The notes beneath the pieces were generated by a model that saw only the letters and a list, made by a program, of their open reading frames with translations, ran no database searches and had not been told where the DNA came from. Of a stretch of DNA of 64,000 bases, positions 59,466 through 64,000 are shown piece by piece. Position 1 is the first letter of the stretch. The number at the start of each line of letters is the position of its first letter. The position numbers and the translations under genes are program-made. This stretch comes from an uncultured archaeon (lineage in GTDB: Archaea > Iainarchaeota > Iainarchaeia > Iainarchaeales > 1-14-0-10-31-34), in NCBI GenBank assembly GCA_964608675.1, contig CAZSOZ010000002.1, positions 96,001 to 160,000 on the forward strand. Direction: 5' to 3'.

Positions 59466-59503
59466 TAAAACTTAAATAACCCAAAAGACTTTATTTTAGC
59501 TGA

Positions 59504-61039
59504 ATGGCATTCTCAACAGAAGAATTAATTCAAATCGGATTAATTACAGGAATTATAATTGTTTTTGGATACACCTCATTTATTTATTTAAAGAATAAAG
59601 GAATCCTTGAAAAAAAACCACAAAAAGAAAAATCAAAACCCATGACTTTTGCAAAAAACAGAAAACTAAGAGGCCTAGAAAAACTGATTCCAGAAAAAAA
59701 ATTAAGCAAAAAACCTTTTTTAACTGAACTAAAAATTGAAAGCACTGAAGGATTATGGGAGCCGGAAGAAACAGAAGAAAAAACAGAAAAAAAAATTTTA
59801 GAAAAAAAAACATTTGAAACAAAAACAGAAACAAAAAAACAAGGATTAACTGAACTGCAAAACATAGTAAAAGGAACAGAAGAAAAAAGTTTTTTTGAAA
59901 AAATAAAAGAAAAAATAAACACAAAAGAACAGGAAAACAAAGACGAAAAGAAAAAAAGCGAAGAAAAAAAAGAGAGAAAAAAATTAATTAACAAACCCCT
60001 ACAAAACCCGCAAAAAATTGAAGAACAAGAAAACTTTGCATTCAAAGAAAAAAACGATGAAGAAAAACCAGAAAAAGAAAAAGCGGTTTTAGAAAAAATT
60101 CCTTTAAACAAACTAAAAAGATTTGTTTCAAAAGGAAAATTTGCATTCAAAGAAAAACCAAAAAAACAAGCAGAACAAAAATCAAAACAAAAACCAGAAA
60201 AAGAAAACATAGGAAAAAAACTTGAAGAAAAAATAAAAGAATACGAACAAAAAGCAAAAGAAATAAAAAAAGAAAAACCGGAAAACCAAAAATTGTTTAA
60301 CTCAAAAGAAGAAAAAGAAAAACACGAACAAAAATTTGTGCAAAAAATACTTGACTCAGAAGAAGAAGAACTAGAAAAAATACGTAAAGCAATAGAACCA
60401 AAAACAGACAAAGAATGGCAAAAAGAAAAACAAAAAACCATAAACGAACTAAAAAAAGAATTCTCAGAATTAGGCGAAAAACAAAAAAAAGATTTATGGC
60501 ATAAACCAAAAGAAACACAAGAAAAAACAGAAAAAAAGATAGAAGAAAAAGAAAAAAGAGAAAGCCAAGAAAAACAAAAATCAGAAAAAGAAATCCAAAC
60601 AAAAAAAGAAACCAAAGAAAGCATTCAGGAAGAAATGAAAAAATTAATTGAAGAAAGAAAAAAACAGCTTTCAACAAAAGAAGAACCTGAAAAAAAAACT
60701 GAAAAACAAAAAAAAATTCAAAAAAATAAAAAAACAAAAACAGAAGAACAAAAAGAAACAAAAATACAAAAAAAAGATGAAGAAAAGAAAAAAGACACAA
60801 AAATAAATGAAAAAAAAGAAAGCAAAAGAGAAAAAAAGAAAGGCTTTCTTGAAAAAATAGGTTTAAAAAAAGAAAAAATACAATTAAGCAGGGATGAAGA
60901 AGATCAGATTCAAAAAATAATGATAGTATTAAAAGGAAAAAAAGATGAATATTCAAAAGAAGAAATGAAAGAAGCAATGAAAAATTTGAATTACAATGAA
61001 AAAATAATTAATGAAGCAATAAGGCGGTTATATGAATAA
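59504..61039 (+). CDS. Membrane-anchored K/E-rich low-complexity protein with small C-terminal helical domain
   Basis: N-terminal TM, long charged region, C-terminal 'YSKEEMKEAM...YNEKII'. Confidence 0.75.
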   Translation: MAFSTEELIQIGLITGIIIVFGYTSFIYLKNKGILEKKPQKEKSKPMTFAKNRKLRGLEKLIPEKKLSKKPFLTELKIESTEGLWEPEETEEKTEKKILEKKTFETKTETKKQGLTELQNIVKGTEEKSFFEKIKEKINTKEQENKDEKKKSEEKKERKKLINKPLQNPQKIEEQENFAFKEKNDEEKPEKEKAVLEKIPLNKLKRFVSKGKFAFKEKPKKQAEQKSKQKPEKENIGKKLEEKIKEYEQKAKEIKKEKPENQKLFNSKEEKEKHEQKFVQKILDSEEEELEKIRKAIEPKTDKEWQKEKQKTINELKKEFSELGEKQKKDLWHKPKETQEKTEKKIEEKEKRESQEKQKSEKEIQTKKETKESIQEEMKKLIEERKKQLSTKEEPEKKTEKQKKIQKNKKTKTEEQKETKIQKKDEEKKKDTKINEKKESKREKKKGFLEKIGLKKEKIQLSRDEEDQIQKIMIVLKGKKDEYSKEEMKEAMKNLNYNEKIINEAIRRLYE

Positions 61040-62195
61040 AAAAAATTTTATTATTGTATTGGCTTTGCTTTGCTTTACTATATTAACAGGCTGTATTGAT
61101 TTAGTAAAAAACGGGCAGGAAACAATTCATTTAACTTACTCAAAAAATGGTTTAGTTGTATTCAGGCATACAATTGAAGGAGAAAAAGGAAGTTTATTTT
61201 ATCAATGGGAAGGAGACTGCACAGAACAAGCAAAAAGCCTTCTTGATTCAAATATAAGCTATCTGAAAAAAGAAAACATAAAAATAAATGACGCACAAAA
61301 TTTAAGCCAGGAAGAAAAAACTGAGTTAACAGAAGAAAACAACAGAAAAATAAACACTCTGCTTTCAATTAAATCAAGTATAAACTGCCAGCTAAAAGAC
61401 GAAAACGGGACAGCAATACTTGATTATTCATTTAAGTTAAGCCAAGGATTTGAAAACATTAAATTATTTAACAGCAATTATGATTTCTCTTTAACAAAAA
61501 ACGAAGACAAAATTGAATCTGCATTTAAAGTAAATAATACTGCAAACCAAAAAACAGGAAACCTTCTTGAAAAAATAGTTGTTTCTTCCTCTGATTCAGG
61601 CATAGACAAAATAGAGCCTGCAAATGCATTTGAATTAAAAGGAAACAAATACGAAATAAACATGCTTGGAATGGACGGAAAAGAAATAAAAATTACTATA
61701 AACAGAAAAGAAAAAACCACTCCTCCTATGCCGGAAAACAAAAAAGATGTCTTCAGCCTGCTAATAAAAGGATTCATACCTGAAAAATTAATGAGTTTAG
61801 AAAAAGAGGATTCAATTCAATGGATTCCAACAATATTGCTTGCATTAATTATTGTAATTATAATTGCAAAACTTGCAAAAAATGTTCATTTGCCGGAAAA
61901 AGAAGAAACCAAAACAAAAAAAGAGGATTCACTTGAAAACAAGGTTTTATTAAAAGGAAAACAAGCAATTAAAAAAACAAAATTTGAATACATGCAGCAG
62001 CCAAAAAAATCAGAAAAACCAAAACCCGGAAAACAAAAATTCACAGAAGAAGAAAAAAAGCAGATTAAAACAATTATTATGGCATTAAAAGAAACCTTTC
62101 AAAATTACTCAAAAGAAGAAATAAAAAAAGCAGTGATTGGAAAAGGTTATTCAGACAAAATTGCAGAAGAAGTTGCAGACTTTTTCTATCCATAG
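61032..62195 (+). CDS. Lipoprotein-like exported protein with TM and the same C-terminal helical domain
   Basis: Lipobox LTGC, TM WIPTILLALIIVIII, C-terminal 'YSKEEIKKAV..KGYSDKI'. Confidence 0.75.
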   Translation: MNKKNFIIVLALLCFTILTGCIDLVKNGQETIHLTYSKNGLVVFRHTIEGEKGSLFYQWEGDCTEQAKSLLDSNISYLKKENIKINDAQNLSQEEKTELTEENNRKINTLLSIKSSINCQLKDENGTAILDYSFKLSQGFENIKLFNSNYDFSLTKNEDKIESAFKVNNTANQKTGNLLEKIVVSSSDSGIDKIEPANAFELKGNKYEINMLGMDGKEIKITINRKEKTTPPMPENKKDVFSLLIKGFIPEKLMSLEKEDSIQWIPTILLALIIVIIIAKLAKNVHLPEKEETKTKKEDSLENKVLLKGKQAIKKTKFEYMQQPKKSEKPKPGKQKFTEEEKKQIKTIIMALKETFQNYSKEEIKKAVIGKGYSDKIAEEVADFFYP

Positions 62196-62259
62196 CCGGT
62201 TGCGTCCGGCTGAAACGAAATATATCACTCTATCTGCAATAGAACATTAATATATTCTT
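62193..62259 (-). repeat. Two-hairpin structured repeat, copy 2 (fills the whole gap between convergent stop codons)
   Basis: Homologous to 5621-5685 with compensatory changes. Confidence 0.85.
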
Positions 62260-63422
62260 AAATTCCTGCTTCTTTTTTCAAAGTGTCTGCTTTATCGGTT
62301 TTTTCCCAAGTAAAATCAAGGTCGTTTCTTCCAAAATGACCATAAGCAGCAGTCTTGCAGTAAACAGGCCTCTTTAAATCCAAATGCATGACAATTTCAG
62401 CCGGCTTCAATGCAAAATGCTTTCGTACTAATTCACATATTTTGTTTTTTGCAATTTTTTCTGTTCCAAAGCAATCCACATTCACTGAAACAGGCTCAGG
62501 ATAACCAATAGCATAAGCAAGCTGGATTTCACATTTATCTGCAAGTCCTGCTGAAACAATATTTTTTGCAATATATCTTGCCATATAAGCAGCGCTTCTG
62601 TCAACTTTGGAAGGATCTTTTCCAGAAAAAGCTCCTCCTCCATGCCTTCCTATTCCTCCATAAGTGTCAACAATAATTTTTCTTCCTGTAAGACCTGCAT
62701 CAGCAAAAGGCCCGCCCCTAATAAAAGCACCTGTAGGATTAACATAAAACTTGGTTTTGTCGTCAATCCATTCACCGCACACAGGCTTAATTATTTTTTC
62801 CAAAACTTTTTCTTTTAATTCTTCATATTCAACTTCTTTAGTATGCTGAGTTGAAACAACAACTGCATCAACTCTTAAAGGCTTTCCTTGTTCATTGTAT
62901 TCAACTGTAACCTGGCTTTTTCCATCAGGACCCAAAAAAGTAAGTCCATTACTTCTTCGAATTTCAGCTAATTTCATGCACAATTTATGCGCTAAAATAA
63001 TAGGCAAAGGCATTAATTCAGGAGTTTCATTTGAAGCATACCCAAACATTAAACCTTGATCTCCGGCTCCTTGTTCATGATACAAAGAATCCTTTTCATT
63101 TACTCCTTGAGCAATATCTGGGCTCTGCTCTGTAATCTGAGTCCACACAGAACAAGTTTCATACTCTATTCCATATTCCGATTTAGTGTAGCCTATATCC
63201 TTAATTGTATTCCTTACAACCATAGGGATATCCACATAAGCTTTAGTAGTAATTTCCCCAAAAACATTTACTCCTCCGTTTTTTGTTGCAGTTTCGCATG
63301 CAACTCTTCCATCAGGATCCTCTTTAAGTATTGCATCAAGGATTGCATCAGAAATTTTATCACACATCTTGTCAAGGATGTCCTTCGGTAACAGATTCCG
63401 AAGTGAAGAGAATTTTCTCCAT
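62258..63422 (-). CDS. metK: S-adenosylmethionine synthetase (bacterial type), with one extra T after codon 16
   Basis: ATG 63422 gives [16 protein letters not shown]-stop; the +1 frame continues [10 protein letters not shown]...GAGDQG...GGGAFSGKD...YGHFGR. Confidence 0.95.
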
Positions 63423-63424
63423 GA

Positions 63425-64000
63425 CTAGACCACCTCCTTAGCTCTGAGAGCCACAGCATATTGATCAAATTTTCTTGACAAACATAAATTCGAGTCTTTA
63501 TTATAAATAAACTTCGCTAATTGCAAGCCTCTTTTACAGGAATATTGCAATATGTAAACATTGCTTGAAACTTTTCTTACCTTTCCTTTAATGCCAATTG
63601 AATAAATTTCTTCAGCCATTTTTTCTAAAAAAACTTTTGACCCAGAAGAAATAGTTATCTCAAAATAAGGGCTTTTTTCTCTTTGAACATACCTAATATT
63701 CCCATCTCCATCAATTACTCCCCTCAAAAAATGCCTCAAATATTTTCTCGGTATGTTTGGAAACTTAACTGAAAGAGATTTTCTGGGAGTTAAACCAAAA
63801 CCCATCAAATCTTTGCATATTGCTTTATTGTTTATAATTAAACGATATGAATTTGTTTTTGATGAATATAAAAGCTCTTTCGTGCTTTCCATCAGCAAAC
63901 GCATTCTTTCAAGATGCTTTTTATCCTTCTCTGAAGCAGTAATAGTTAAAGACCTGTATGACTTTAGCGGATTCCAGTTTATATTTCCGTCAGCAAAAAC
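63425..64000 (-). CDS. Double-motif LAGLIDADG homing endonuclease (5' end outside window)
   Basis: Frame open to the window edge: ...VFADGNI (motif 1) ... GLTPRKS ... FLRGVIDGDG (motif 2) ... LSRK; own stop codon, no intein C-terminal HN. Confidence 0.9.
   Translation of the reverse strand, partial: VFADGNINWNPLKSYRSLTITASEKDKKHLERMRLLMESTKELLYSSKTNSYRLIINNKAICKDLMGFGLTPRKSLSVKFPNIPRKYLRHFLRGVIDGDGNIRYVQREKSPYFEITISSGSKVFLEKMAEEIYSIGIKGKVRKVSSNVYILQYSCKRGLQLAKFIYNKDSNLCLSRKFDQYAVALRAKEVV
63430..63439 (-). promoter_or_regulatory. Strong Shine-Dalgarno for the metK start
   Basis: AAGGAGGTGG 7 nt before ATG 63422, embedded in the endonuclease 3' end. Confidence 0.8.

Noticed and set aside
59580-60977. 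Long F/S/L-rich antisense ORFs (346, 226 and 114 aa)
   Set aside because: Mirror of the K/E low-complexity + strand gene; the A-rich sense strand leaves few antisense stops.
63360-63374. metK TGA as selenocysteine, with the 3' hairpin element as a SECIS
   Set aside because: Read-through stays in the wrong frame (CAA GAT GTG TGA) and does not restore DKMCD; only a +1 shift does.
63425-64000. LAGLIDADG as an intein in metK
   Set aside because: It has its own stop codon and no C-terminal His-Asn before a Cys/Ser/Thr.

Overview
AT-rich archaeal chromosomal segment, most likely from a DPANN archaeon (Diapherotrites/Iainarchaeota-like). The lineage is inferred from a BHB-intron tRNA lacking encoded CCA, nucS, lhr plus MPE, trm112, TATA/GGTGA signals and many K-rich orphan genes. 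Contents in order: a bacterial-type folate/one-carbon/purine cluster (ECF S-component-like gene, glyA, folD, purN, purH, 5-FTHF cyclo-ligase, then purD, prs, pyrG); a decayed patch with a truncated ydeI and a vapBC module; degenerate CheC- and KaiC-like genes; DNA repair genes; tRNA-Pro(CGG) with a 124-nt intron built from four palindromes; a ~20-kb surface-glycan locus (7 GT4, 4 GT2, 2 methyltransferases, ABC-2 transporter, epimerase, 2 GT-C-like proteins); and a KaiC-led run of surface-protein genes. At the right end a LAGLIDADG endonuclease gene abuts a bacterial-type metK. Most notable: (1) metK needs a +1 frameshift at GGA-CAT-CCT-TGA-C to encode its catalytic GHPDK motif, which could be a SAM-sensing recoding switch, an endonuclease scar or a sequencing error; (2) two copies, 56 kb apart, of a ~65-nt two-hairpin element with compensatory base changes, which I could not assign to a known family; (3) the palindrome-built tRNA intron. 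All calls come from reading the sequence by eye; no searches were run.
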